Below, one piece after another: positions 23,099 to 33,940 of a stretch of 64,000 nt of DNA; position 1 is the first letter of the stretch, and every line of letters begins with the position of its first letter. Location: contig CAVWFS010000013.1 of assembly GCA_963754315.1 (NCBI GenBank), positions 1 through 64,000 on the forward strand, written 5' to 3'. Both the position numbers and the translations under genes were made by a program. This stretch comes from an uncultured Candidatus Rokubacteria bacterium. GTDB lineage: Bacteria > Methylomirabilota > Methylomirabilia > Rokubacteriales > CSP1-6. The notes below the pieces were generated by a model. That model was not told the DNA's origin, searched no databases, and was given only the letters and a program-made list of their open reading frames with translations.

Positions 23099-23727
23099 TG
23101 GGTGTTAGAGAGAAAGCGGCGGCACTGATGGGGCGCAAGGGGAGGTCGCGTCAGCTCACGCGGGCGAGACCGCCGTGGGTTCGAGCGTTTGTGCTGGGTG
23201 GCTTGCTTGCCTTGTCGTCCTGCACGCCGGCCGCCGCCGTTCTGGTCGACGCCGTGCTGGCCCAGGTGGAATCGGCAGTCGTGAGCGCGAGCGACATCGC
23301 CCTCGCCCGCGCGCTTGGGTTGTTCGGCTTCACGCCGTCGGACAACCCCATCGACGCGGCCGACGTCGATCGCTACGCAACCGCTCTTGGCGAGGTCCTG
23401 GAGGCGACCCGGCTCGGGCTCGTACCGAGCGCCGCCGAGATCGACCAGGCCTGGGCCGATCTCGAAAAGCAGCGAGGCGGGGCAGCCGCGTTTCGTTCCT
23501 GGCTCGACCTCGTGGCCGTCGACACCGCGTGGGCTCGACGCGCCCTCGAGGCTCACCTGCGCTGGCGTGCGTGGGCCGAGTTCCACGAGGGCTTCGCCGA
23601 CGAGCCCGCCCGGCCCGGGGCGGCGGGCCAGTCGATGCCCGGCAAGCTACGCGGAAAGGACTTCGTCGTACGCCGTTTGCTGGCCCCCTCGGAGAGGGTG
23701 GCCGTCCCCTTCCCAATGCCACGGTAA
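23098..23727 (+). CDS. Exported protein resembling the SurA N-terminal chaperone domain (start may be 23128 or later)
   Basis: Hydrophobic signal, then VDAVLAQVESAVVSASDI (compare SurA VDrivAvVn..iIt.sdv); helical body; follows the Omp85 gene. Confidence 0.55.
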   Translation: MGVREKAAALMGRKGRSRQLTRARPPWVRAFVLGGLLALSSCTPAAAVLVDAVLAQVESAVVSASDIALARALGLFGFTPSDNPIDAADVDRYATALGEVLEATRLGLVPSAAEIDQAWADLEKQRGGAAAFRSWLDLVAVDTAWARRALEAHLRWRAWAEFHEGFADEPARPGAAGQSMPGKLRGKDFVVRRLLAPSERVAVPFPMPR

Positions 23728-23771
23728 CCCGCAACGGCATGCCAGGCTGGCTCTCCTGAACACGCCGTGGG

Positions 23772-24500
23772 CTAGCGGGCGACAACGCGTGCGCAGCAGC
23801 GCTTGAACTTTCGTCCGCTTCCACACGGACAGGGATCGTTCGGGCGCGCGTGGGCCCGCACCCGCGGGGTCTCCGCCCAGGCCAGCACTCCGAAGTAGAC
23901 GAGGAGGGCAAAGAAGCCGCGGCTCATGATCTCCGCGAAGTTGTAGAGGGCGGAGACGATCTGCCGGCGCAGGGGGGCTGTTTCGGGTACGTAGAGCACT
24001 TGCCCGCCGGGGCTGAGAACAGGCGATTGCTGCCAGAACTCACTGGTGACCACGATGACCAGCACTTGGGTGAGGGTGAGCACCACGAGACCTGCGGCCA
24101 GGCCGCGAGCTCGACGCCGGCCACTCCAGCCCGGGGTGGCGAGCACAAGAGCAACGAAGAGGGGCACGCCGAAGCTCGCCGAGGCGGTCCATAAGGTATC
24201 GACACGGTTCAGGGTGCGGTTCTCGCTAGGCACCCAGACCGGACGATGGGCCACGACCCGACTTCCCGAGGCTGCGTAGCCGGCGCCCGGTGTCCGCTCG
24301 AGAGATGGCAGGATCATTCGGGCCGCCACGACCAGGCCGTCCGCGTAGACGGGGGCGATGACGAACCACGCCAGGGAGGCGCCCACCAGGCTCAGGACGA
24401 AGCGAAGGAGGGCGCGCCGCCACTCCTGCCTGAGCCCGCGCGCTAACCCGGACAGCCCAGCCGAACCAGCCGTGAGCGACGAGGGCGAGTGGGTCGCCAC
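23772..24500 (-). CDS. Integral membrane protein with C-terminal SEC-C zinc motif; resembles exosortase-associated membrane proteins
   Basis: About 4 TM segments; FGVPLFVALVLATPG motif; PNDPCPCGSGRKFKRCC. Confidence 0.7.
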   Translation of the reverse strand: MATHSPSSLTAGSAGLSGLARGLRQEWRRALLRFVLSLVGASLAWFVIAPVYADGLVVAARMILPSLERTPGAGYAASGSRVVAHRPVWVPSENRTLNRVDTLWTASASFGVPLFVALVLATPGWSGRRRARGLAAGLVVLTLTQVLVIVVTSEFWQQSPVLSPGGQVLYVPETAPLRRQIVSALYNFAEIMSRGFFALLVYFGVLAWAETPRVRAHARPNDPCPCGSGRKFKRCCARVVAR

Positions 24501-24567
24501 CCTGTCATTCTAGTGGAGTCACCAAGGATCGACCCAGATCCGTCGACTGCGATATCCAGATCGTGGG

Positions 24568-25380
24568 CTAGTGCTTGACCTGCGGCAGGGCGCCTCGGAT
24601 GCGGCCAGGGTGAAACATGAGCCGGCCACTGGCCAGAGTGGCGCGAAGCTCGGCAGGCCCGTTCGTGAAGAGAAGGCCGTCCGCCCCGAGCACGCATTGT
24701 CCCAGCTCGGCGGGCGGGAGCGCGTCAATGATCTGTCGGGCGGTGGAGAGCATCGCATGCCAGCGTCGAGAGAGATCCGCGGCATCGGGCGGTTGCCCCG
24801 CGAAGGCGAGGGTTCGCACTTCGTCTGCCGAGTAGCGTGCTGACCGCGAGGCCTCCTGCACGATACCGAGCGGGCTGAATCCCGGATCCTTTCCACAGGC
24901 CGCCCAGGCCAGATAGCCGAGCGGCTGAATGCGCTCACTCGCATGGATCAGGTCGACCCAGTCGCGAACCTCCAGCCGACCGACGAGGGCGAGGACCTTG
25001 TTCGTAGCCAGGTCAAAGGGGTGCAGGGTAAGGCCCAGATCGGGATGGCGCACGAGCGGGAAGAAACGAAACGCGCTGTCGCGCGCCCACTCCATCAGCA
25101 CGGACTGACCACCCTTGCCGACCTCGGCCTCGACGAAGGACGGGCGTTCACGGATGACCACGACCGTGAAACCCCGATCCTCGAGAAGGTGCCGATCCGC
25201 CGCCCAGCTTGCCTCAAGCGCCTCGTCGGTATCGTGAAAGAGATCGATGTCGCGCGAGGTGCGTGGGGTGGCCATCATCTCGTTCAGTGCCACGCCGCCG
25301 GCGACGTAGCTCTCACCGGAGGCGATCCGGTGGTCGGCTAGGAGGCGGCAGACGGCGCGCTGGAAGTCGGTGAGAGCCAT
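24568..25380 (-). CDS. Nucleotidyltransferase, AbiEii/AbiGii-like toxin
   Basis: YVAGGVAL...RTSRDIDLF (G-G/DxD); DLATNKVLALVGRLEVRDWVDL (K..A..R...RD motif). Confidence 0.75.
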   Translation of the reverse strand: MALTDFQRAVCRLLADHRIASGESYVAGGVALNEMMATPRTSRDIDLFHDTDEALEASWAADRHLLEDRGFTVVVIRERPSFVEAEVGKGGQSVLMEWARDSAFRFFPLVRHPDLGLTLHPFDLATNKVLALVGRLEVRDWVDLIHASERIQPLGYLAWAACGKDPGFSPLGIVQEASRSARYSADEVRTLAFAGQPPDAADLSRRWHAMLSTARQIIDALPPAELGQCVLGADGLLFTNGPAELRATLASGRLMFHPGRIRGALPQVKH

Positions 25381-25565
25381 CGGCGGATCTCGGCCGCCCG
25401 TCGGTATGCCTCCCGATCACCGTAGCGCTGAATGTACGTGAGCACCTGGAGCCGCTCCTCGTGCGTGGAGGGGTAATAGTCCTCGCGGAGAAACCACAAG
25501 CACCGTGCCCGGTAGTCCTCGACCAGGCGATCGACCTCTTTCTCCGCGGACTCTGGGGCGCTCAT
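25338..25565 (-). CDS. Small helical protein, putative antitoxin partner of the nucleotidyltransferase
   Basis: 75 aa with CLWFL..D..IQRYG; overlaps the toxin start by 43 nt. Confidence 0.6.
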   Translation of the reverse strand: MSAPESAEKEVDRLVEDYRARCLWFLREDYYPSTHEERLQVLTYIQRYGDREAYRRAAEIRRWLSPTSSAPSAAS

Positions 25566-25715
25566 TGGGCTTCACCGTAGCAGTGTCCTCGGGGCAGTTG
25601 CAACCGTAGCCTGACCAGAGTCCTTGGCGTGCTCTCACTCGCGCTGTTCTATTGTAGAATCCCTCCACACGGGACACCCTCGAGGAGCGCACGTGCTTCG
25701 GGCCGGGAGGACATC

Positions 25716-26924
25716 ATGAAGGATGGACTCAGATTCGTCGACTGCGACATGCACATCATGGAGCCACCCGATCTCTTCGAGAAGTACCTCGATCCGACGT
25801 TTCGGAGTCGTGTCATTCTCTCCGTCGGCGCCAATGGGCGTCCGCGACGGGGCATGATCGTCATCGACGGCCTGCCCACCTCGATGGACGCCGAGCTGCA
25901 GCAATACCGCAAGCGCGGCCGGCCGGGCACAAGCAATAGCACCCAGCCTCTCTCCGGCTCGCGTCTGGCCGACACGGGTCGCCTCGACTTCGCCATCCAG
26001 CGTGACTACGATCCCGAGGCGCAGGTGATGGGTATGGCCATGGAAGGGGTGGACATCGCCGTCCTCTTCCCCACGACCGGCCTCAGCCTGATCGCGCGCG
26101 ACCATCTGGACCCCTGGCTCTCCCTCGCCCTCTGCCAGGCCTACAACAACTGGATCCACGATTTCTGCCAGTACAGCCCCGAGCGGTTGAAGTTCGTGGC
26201 CATGCTGCCCGTCCACGACGTGCACCTGGCCTGCCGGGAGCTGCTTCGGTGCGTCAAGGAGCTGGGCGCCGTCGGCTCCTTCATCCGGCCCAATCTCGTG
26301 AACGGCCACTACTGGCACTCGAACTACTGGGAGCCGCTCTACGCGCTGCACGAAGAGCTCGACGTGACCTGGGGATTCCACGAGGGCACCGGCGCCTGGT
26401 ACTCCCACATGAACGTGCTGTACGGGGAGAACCGCTTCTACCGTCACGTCGCCAGTCACTGGATCGAGATGCAACAGGCGTTGCTGGCGATGATCGTCGG
26501 GGGCGTGTTCGAGTTCCATCCGCGGCTGCGCGTGGGCTTCCTGGAGGCCCAGAACTCGTGGGCCCCGGGCCTGCTCTCGCGTATCGAGTGGGACTATCCC
26601 CAGTACCGCGACTCCCACGCCCCCTACCTGTCCCTCACACCCCGCGAGTATTTTCGACGCAACTGCTGGGCGGCCGTGGAGGGAAGCGAGCCGGAGATCG
26701 AGGCAACGGCCAGCCTGATCGGCGCCGATCGCATGTGCATCTCGACCGACTACCCGCACTTCGACTCCAACTTCCCCAACGTATCGAGCAACCTGCTGCG
26801 CACGGTGCGCCGGGAGACGGCCGCTCAGATCTTCATGGGGGGTGCTCATCTCTATGGCTTCACCGAGACAGATTTCGCCAAGACCGCCGCTACCGGCCAA
26901 GCGTCCGGACCGGTGACCGTCTGA
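25716..26924 (+). CDS. Amidohydrolase family protein (Amidohydro_2)
   Basis: GGAGG SD; VDCDMHIMEP; AYNNWIHDF; GFHEG; GGVFEFHPRLRVGFLE; STDYPHFD. Confidence 0.9.
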   Translation: MKDGLRFVDCDMHIMEPPDLFEKYLDPTFRSRVILSVGANGRPRRGMIVIDGLPTSMDAELQQYRKRGRPGTSNSTQPLSGSRLADTGRLDFAIQRDYDPEAQVMGMAMEGVDIAVLFPTTGLSLIARDHLDPWLSLALCQAYNNWIHDFCQYSPERLKFVAMLPVHDVHLACRELLRCVKELGAVGSFIRPNLVNGHYWHSNYWEPLYALHEELDVTWGFHEGTGAWYSHMNVLYGENRFYRHVASHWIEMQQALLAMIVGGVFEFHPRLRVGFLEAQNSWAPGLLSRIEWDYPQYRDSHAPYLSLTPREYFRRNCWAAVEGSEPEIEATASLIGADRMCISTDYPHFDSNFPNVSSNLLRTVRRETAAQIFMGGAHLYGFTETDFAKTAATGQASGPVTV

Positions 26925-26985
26925 TCCTCGAAGCGCCCTTTCGACGCGCCGGGGCCCGGGGCTCTCGACATGAGGAGGCAAGACT

Positions 26986-27486
26986 ATGGGACAGACCCTC
27001 GAGCAGCTTGCGGCCGCGTGTCAGCGCGTTCTCCGAGAAAATCCAGGGCCCGCCGGCCGCCAGCAGGTGGCGGCGCTCATCCAGCACGTTCTCACCGATG
27101 ATTCGTTCCTGGCCGAGCACGTCGGCGACGACGTCCCGGAGCGCAAGATCCTCTACGAGGACGCGGAGCTGGGGTTCTGCATCCTCGCCCATGTCCATCA
27201 TGGGCCCAAGGAGAGCCAGCCGCACGACCACGGTCCGTCCTGGGCGATCTACGGTCAGGCGCGCGGAGAGACCGTGATGAGCGACTGGACCCTGGTCGAG
27301 CCCGCCGCCGAGAACAAGCCCGGCAAGGTGCGTCGCCTGCGCAGCTACACCCTCAAACCCGGCATGGCTCACGTGTACAACGAGGGAGACCTCCATTCCC
27401 CGCGCCGCGACGGGCCGACTCGGCTCATCAGGGTCGAGGGGCAGAACATGGAGAAGGTTCGGCGTCTGTCCTATCAAGCGGTGTGA
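26986..27486 (+). CDS. Cupin / cysteine-dioxygenase-like metalloenzyme
   Basis: GAGGAGG SD; SQPHDHGPSWAIYG (HxH) and GDLHSP third His. Confidence 0.8.
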   Translation: MGQTLEQLAAACQRVLRENPGPAGRQQVAALIQHVLTDDSFLAEHVGDDVPERKILYEDAELGFCILAHVHHGPKESQPHDHGPSWAIYGQARGETVMSDWTLVEPAAENKPGKVRRLRSYTLKPGMAHVYNEGDLHSPRRDGPTRLIRVEGQNMEKVRRLSYQAV

Positions 27487-27771
27487 AGACACAGCGGATC
27501 GACATCCCTCCCATCCCGCCCTTCGTGGCCTAGCGACGGACCCGAACCGGGTCCGTCCTCGCTCCACGCCCACAATTTCCCCGCCTCGGCCGCGGGGCTA
27601 AGGCGGACGGTAAGCGCCAGGCCCCGTGCCACTGGCATGAGCACGGTGCCGCGCATCCGCGCAGCGCTTCGTCGTTCGCGCCGGGTGGCGCGCGGTTGTG
27701 GTGTACCATACGGCAACGCAGGCGCCCGGTAGTTTCCGTCGTCGCAGCGAACCAATGGAGGTGAATTCGGA

Positions 27772-28717
27772 TTGCTCCGATTCTTCCTCTCGCGGATCGG
27801 ACAGACGGTAGCCGTGCTCTTCACGGTGTCGGTGATCATCTTCGCCCTCATGCGCCTGATCCCTGGCGACCCCGTCCTCATGATGCTGGGCGACGACTTC
27901 ACCCAGGAGGCCTACCAGAAGCTCCGCGCCAAGCTCGGGTTCGATCGGTCGATCGTCGTGCAATACCTGATCTGGCTAGCAGGCCATCCTCCGCGGCGAC
28001 CTCGGCGACTCCTACCTCAATCACGAGCTGGTGAGCCGCCTGGTATGGGATGCCTTCCTGCCTACCCTCGCGCTCGTGGTGGCGAGCATGATCGTGGGCA
28101 CCCTGGTCGCCGTGCCGTCCGGCATCGTGGCCGCCATGCGCAAGGACAGCGCCTGGGACTGGGGCTCCATGGGCTTCGCCATCTTCGTCTACTCGATGCC
28201 GAGCTTCTGGAAGGGAATCATCCTCATCTGGATCTTCAGCGTGCACCTGCGCTGGTTCCCCGCCATGGGTTACGTGGCGCCCTGGGAGGACTTCTGGGGC
28301 GGGCTGTGGAGGCTTGCTCTGCCCGCGGTGACTCTCGGGACCTTCTTTTCCGGGCTGGTGGCCCGCATCATCCGTTCGAGCCTGCTCGAGGTGCTCGACC
28401 TCGACTACATCAAGGCGGCCCGGGCACGCGGGGTGCGCCGGGCGGCGCTCGTGTACCGCCACGCCCTGGCCAACGCGCTCATCCCCGTGGTGACGATCAT
28501 CGGACTGCAGTTCGGGACCCTTCTCGGGGGCGCCGTCCTCACGGAGACGGTCTTCGGCATCCCGGGCATGGGGCGGCTGACGGTGGCGGCCATCCTGAAC
28601 CGTGACTACGCGGTGGTGCAGGGAGCGATCCTGCTCGGCGTCTTTGCGGTGGTGATCGTGAACCTCGCCGTCGACCTCACATACGCGTTTCTGAACCCGC
28701 GGATCCGGGTGGCCTGA
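27772..28717 (+). CDS. dppB: Dpp/Opp-type ABC permease B; frameshift ~27980
   Basis: IPGDPV; GDLGDS; DYIKAARARG (EAA loop); HALANALIPVVT; ETVFGIPGMG; NPRIR. Confidence 0.9.
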
Positions 28718-29638
28718 TGGCGCGACCACTGACGGCCGACGACCTCCCCCTCCCCGCTCCGGCGCCCGCATCCCCCGACGTCGCGCATGTGCGCGGGTGG
28801 GAGCGCGCCCGGCGGTGGTGGCATCGGTTCGCCAGGAACCGCGGCGCCGTCTTCGGCCTCGCCGTGTTCGTGGCCGTCGTGCTGATGGCCGTCTTCGCCG
28901 GCGTGCTGGCCCCATACGATCCGCTCACCCAGGGCGTCGGGCCGGCCAATGAGGCCCCCACCTGGAAGCACTGGGCCGGGACCGACAGCTTCGGGCGCGA
29001 CATGCTGAGCCGCATCATCTATGGAGCGCGGATCGCCCTCGTGGTCGGCATCATGTCCGTGCTGCTGGCCATGATCGTCGGGGTCACCCTGGGCCTGGTG
29101 GCCGGCTACTACGGTGGCTGGGTGGACGTGGTGATCATGCGGGTGATGGACGGCCTCTTCGCGTTTCCCATCATCATCCTGGCCATCGCCATGATGGCGG
29201 TCATGGGCTTCGGGGTGAAGAACGTCATCATCGCGGTGGCCGTCGGCTTCATCGCCCCCTTCGCGCGGGTCACCCGGGCCGACGTGCTGGCGGTCAAGGA
29301 GGAGCCTTACATCGAGGCGGCGCGCCTGGCCGGGGTGGCGCGGCCCGCCATCATCGCCCGCCACGTGCTCGCCCAACGTGCTGGCCCCCATCATCGTGCA
29401 GGCGGCTCTGCGCGTGTCGGGGGCCATCATCACGGAGTCGGGTCTCTCCTTCCTGGGGCTCGGGCCGCCGCCGCCCACGCCGGTGTGGGGCTCGATGATT
29501 GCCGAGGGGCGTAACTTCATCGTGATGGCGCCCCATGTCTCCACCATTCCCGGGATCGCGCTCATGGTGACCATCGTTGGCCTGAACCTCCTGGGCGACG
29601 GTCTCAGGGACACGCTGGATCCCAGGCTGCGCCGATGA
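28717..29638 (+). CDS. dppC: Dpp/Opp-type ABC permease C; frameshift ~29370
   Basis: HWAGTDSFGRD; YIEAARLAG; ESGLSFLGLG; NLLGDGLRDTLDPR. Confidence 0.9.
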
Positions 29639-30600
29639 GCGAGCCCGTCCTCGAGGTGCGTGACCTCGTGGTCGAGTTCCGCTCCGAAGACGGTCCGCTG
29701 CGGGCGGTGGACCATGTGAGCTTCTCGGTCGGCCGGGGAGAGATCGTCGGCCTCGTGGGTGAGTCGGGCGCCGGCAAGACCCTCACCTCGGAGGCGATCC
29801 TCGGTCTGATCCGCTGTCCACCCGGACGGGTGGCTGGCGAGGTGCGTTTCCGCGGGCACAATCTACTCACCCTCGACGAGCGGACCTTGGCCGACATCCG
29901 GGGCAAGGAGATCGCCATGATCTTCCAGAACCCCGGGGCGTCGCTGAATCCGGTGTTCCGCGTGGGCGATCAGCTGGTCGAGACGATGGCCCTGCATCTC
30001 CGCGACGGTCGCAAGACCCTGGGTCGCCGTGCGGTGGAGATCCTGGCCAAGGTGGGGATCCCGTCGGCGGCCGCGCGGATTCGCGACTATCCGCATCAGT
30101 TCTCGGGGGGCATGGCCCAGCGCGTGATGATCGGCATGGGCGTGGCGTGCGTGCCGAGCCTGCTCATCGCCGACGAGCCGACCACCGCCCTTGACGTCAC
30201 CATCCAGGCTCAGGTGCTGGCCCTCATCCGGCAGCTCGCGCGGGAAATGGGCATGGCCGTCCTTCTCGTCTCCCACGACCTCGGCATCATTTCCCAGATG
30301 TGCCACCGCGTGATCGTGATGTATGCGGGGCGCATCGTCGAAGAGGCACCGATCGCCGGCATCTTCCAGGCCCCCGCGCACCCGTACACCCGCGCGCTGA
30401 TCGCCTGCTTGCCCGGTCTCGACGGCGAGGGTCGCCTCGGCGCCATCCCTGGCATGATGCCCGGACTCACGGCGCTGCCCACAGGCTGCCGGTTTCATCC
30501 CCGGTGCGCCCTCGCCGAACGCCGCTGCGAGGTGGACGAGCCCGTCCTGCGGCCAGCCGGGCCCCAGCAGATCGCGGCCTGCCACCTGGTCGGTGCCTGA
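29635..30600 (+). CDS. dppD: Dpp/Opp ABC ATP-binding protein
   Basis: [42 protein letters not shown]. Confidence 0.93.
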   Translation: MSEPVLEVRDLVVEFRSEDGPLRAVDHVSFSVGRGEIVGLVGESGAGKTLTSEAILGLIRCPPGRVAGEVRFRGHNLLTLDERTLADIRGKEIAMIFQNPGASLNPVFRVGDQLVETMALHLRDGRKTLGRRAVEILAKVGIPSAAARIRDYPHQFSGGMAQRVMIGMGVACVPSLLIADEPTTALDVTIQAQVLALIRQLAREMGMAVLLVSHDLGIISQMCHRVIVMYAGRIVEEAPIAGIFQAPAHPYTRALIACLPGLDGEGRLGAIPGMMPGLTALPTGCRFHPRCALAERRCEVDEPVLRPAGPQQIAACHLVGA

Positions 30601-31603
30601 TGGCACTCCTCGCGGTCGAGGACCTGGCCAAGCACTTCGTGCTCGGCGACGGCTTCCTGGGCCGCCTCGATGGGCGGGCCTCGGCGCCTCGTGCGGGCCG
30701 TCGACGGCGTCAGCTTCACGCTCGAGCCCGGGTGAGACGCTCGGTCTAGTCGGCGAGAGCGGCTGTGGCAAGACGACCACTGGGCGGCTCGTCCTGCGCG
30801 CCATCGAGCCCACCCACGGCCGCGTCCTCTTCGAGGGTGAGGACATCACGGCGTTGCCCCCGGGACGGCTCCTTCCCTTCCGGCGCAAAGCCCAGATCGT
30901 CTTCCAGGATCCGTACACCTCGCTCAATCCCCGCCTGACCATCGGGCGCATCATCGCTGAGCCGATCCGCGTGCATCGGCTGGCGGAGGGACGCGAGGTT
31001 CCCGCCCGCGTGCGGGCGCTCTTGGACATGGTGGGGCTCCGGCCCGAGTACGAGGAGCGCTTTCCCCACGAGCTGAGCGGCGGTCAACGTCAGCGGGTGG
31101 GGATCGCGCGGGCGCTCGCCGTCGGCCCCCGGCTGATCGTGGCCGACGAGGCGGTCTCCGCCCTCGACGTCTCCGTCCGCGCGCAGATCCTCAACCTGCT
31201 GGTGGAGCTGCGCGAGCGTCTCGGGCTCGCCTATCTCTTCGTCTCGCACGACCTCGGCGTCATCCGCTTCGTGAGCCACCGGGTGGCCATCATGTATCTG
31301 GGGGCCCTGGTGGAAGTCGCGGCCACAGCCGAGCTGTTCAAGCGTCCGCTCCATCCGTACACGCAAGCCCTGCTGGCGGCCATTCCCACCATCGGCGATG
31401 GCCGCGCGTCGATTTTCGATGATCCGGCCCGGCTCCTCGAGGGCGAGCTGCCGAGCCCGCTCGAGCGTCCTCGGGGATGCCGCTTCGCTGGCCGCTGCCC
31501 GCGGCGCTTCGATCGCTGTGAAGAAGCCGAGCCCCGGCTCCGGGAAACGGAACAGGGGCATCTCGTTGCCTGTCATCTCTACGACCAGGGAGGATCTGCA
31601 TGA
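30600..31603 (+). CDS. dppF: Dpp/Opp ABC ATP-binding protein; frameshift ~30680-30730
   Basis: [50 protein letters not shown]. Confidence 0.9.
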
Positions 31604-33235
31604 AGAGCCAGGACGGATTCGAAGTCGTCAACGCGCTGATGCGCCAGGACGTCAATCGCCGTGCCGTGCTCAAGGCCCTCGGCTGGGCGGGGCTGGCGGG
31701 AGCGGGGCCGCTCGCCCTGCCCTCCCTCGCGCGCGCCCAGAAGCCGAAGTACGGCGGCGAGATCAAGATCGGGAGCTTTACCAACATCGATACGTTGGAT
31801 GCCCACAACACGACGTCGATCGTAGCCTGCTCCATCCACAACAACATCTATAACGGGCTGCTCAAGATCGTATCCACCGACGGCAAGAGCGTGGACTTCA
31901 AGCCGGAGCTGGCGCGCGAGTGGGAGATCCAGGGCGACCGCGTCCACGTCTTCCGGCTGCACAAGGGGGTGACCTTCCACAACGGGGATCGCCTTCACGG
32001 CGGCCGACGTGAAGTGGAACCTCGAGCGGGTGAAGGACAAGAACCAGTCGCCCATTCACGCCTGGAAGCTCGAGCTGCTGGAATCCATCGAGACGCCGGA
32101 CCCCCTGACGGTCAAGCTGCACTTCACCAAGCCCTATCCCTTCCTGCGGGTGGCCTTTACCGGCTCCACCGGACGCGCGGCCACTATCCTCAATCCCCGG
32201 GCGGTCCAGGAGAAGGGCAAGGCTTACGGGCGGAGCCCCGTCGGCACCGGGCCGTTCAAGTTCGTGGAGTGGAAGGAGAGCGATTTCATCCTGCTCGAGA
32301 AGAACCCGAACTACTGGGAGACGGACGCCAGTGGCGGTAAGCTGCCGTACCTCGACCGGGTGCGCATCAAGATCATCATCGAGCCCTCGACCTTGGTCGC
32401 GGCCCTCAAGACGGGCGAGGTGGACCTCATCAACAACGTGGCCCCCCAGTTCGTGGGCGATCTGCGCAAGGATCCGAAGCTCACCGCCCTGTCCGCCGTG
32501 GGCGGCAACTGGCGCTGCCTGCATTTCAACCTGGCCAAGGAGCCCTTCAACGATCCCGCCCTGCGTAAGGCGGTGACCTTCGCCATCGACCGCAAGGAGC
32601 TCCTGGAGAAGGTCGAGTTCGGGGAGGGCATCGTGGCTCACGGACCGATCTCGCCCCCCATGGGCGGCTTCTACGACCCCGCCTTCGAGACCGGCAAGAA
32701 CGGCCAGTACTACGACGTCGAGCAGGCCAAGACCTGGATGAAGCAGGCCAAGTACGACGGTCGCGAGGTCCTGCTCCTCAGCCCCAATGCGGGCACGCCC
32801 CCGCGCCAGGCCGAGGTGATCCAGGCCCATCTGGCCAAGATCGGGATCAAGGTACGCATCGAACTGGCCGACTTTCCCACCTTCCGCCGGCGGTGGCTGC
32901 AGGAGCGGCAGTGGGATCTGGTGCAGGTCCAGTGGGATGCCGACCTCGACCCCGACGAAACGCTCTACCCTGAGCTCCACTCGAGCGAGACCTGGAACGC
33001 CGGCCGCTGGGTCAACAAGGACTTCGACCGAGCGGTGGAGCTGGCCCGCGCCGAGAACGACTTCAAGAAGCGGAAGAAGTACTACGAGGACTCGGTGCGG
33101 GCCATCCTCGACGATGCGCCGGTGACCATCCTGCTCCACGTCAACGAGCAGAAGATCTTCCACAAGCACGTGAAGGGCTTCCAGATGATCCCGGCCGGCC
33201 TCATCAACATGCACACGGTCTGGCTCGATCGATAG
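31600..33235 (+). CDS. Family 5 ABC substrate-binding protein, Tat signal; frameshift ~31990
   Basis: NRRAVLK twin-Arg; LHKGVTFHNG / FTAADVKWNLER; PVGTGPFKF; LRKAVTFAIDR. Confidence 0.9.
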
Positions 33236-33569
33236 ATCGGAGGACGCGCCTCGGACTATCTCTGTGGGAGAGCGCTTGGGGGACGGGGTTGGGGGAGGGG
33301 AAAATCGTGGACGGCAGATCTCCACGGTTGGCTATGCGCGCAGCGACGCGGGCGGAGCCTTGCAGCGTGAATCGCGGATCGAGGACGGAGCGGAGCCTGG
33401 GTGGCGAGGATATAGACGCAGTACGTCGGGTGAGGTCTGAACGCGGGCGGCGATGTTGAGGTGCTGCGCACCACGTGAACTGCACGAGGTACTGGCTTCA
33501 ACGAGGAGCGCACACGACGCCACGGTGAGACAGACCCAAAGACAGGGTAGGAAGGCGTCGGCGCAGCTC

Positions 33570-33930
33570 GCGATTGTAGTGGGCGAGCGCCGCGCGCATG
33601 GCCAAGGCCGCGTGCATGGCATCGTTGGCCTGCCATGGATTGGCCTCGACCGCCGAACAGGGCGAGGACCCCATCGCCGATCAAGGTGGCGATATGTCTT
33701 GATGCTCGCTGATCACGCGGCTCATTCGCTCGAAATACCCGTTCAGGATCCGCACCAGCAGGGCGGGGTCAACGCGCTCGGCCAGCGGCGTGAAGCCTAC
33801 CAGGTCCGCGAAAAGCACCGTGACCTCCTTGCGCTCTCCCCGGGTGGAGACACCGCGGGCAATGATGACGTCCTCCACCACCGCGTGGGGAGCAAACCGG
33901 GCGAAGGCGCGCTCGAGCCGCTCGACTGGC
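33570..33930 (-). pseudogene. Truncated class III adenylate cyclase fragment
   Basis: FARFAPHAVVE..GERKEVTVLFADLVGFTPLAE..NGYFERM, then IGDGVLALFG and NDAMHAALAMRAAL in other frames. No real N-terminus, and the catalytic N/R half is missing. Confidence 0.75.
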
Positions 33931-33940
33931 CGAGGGATTG

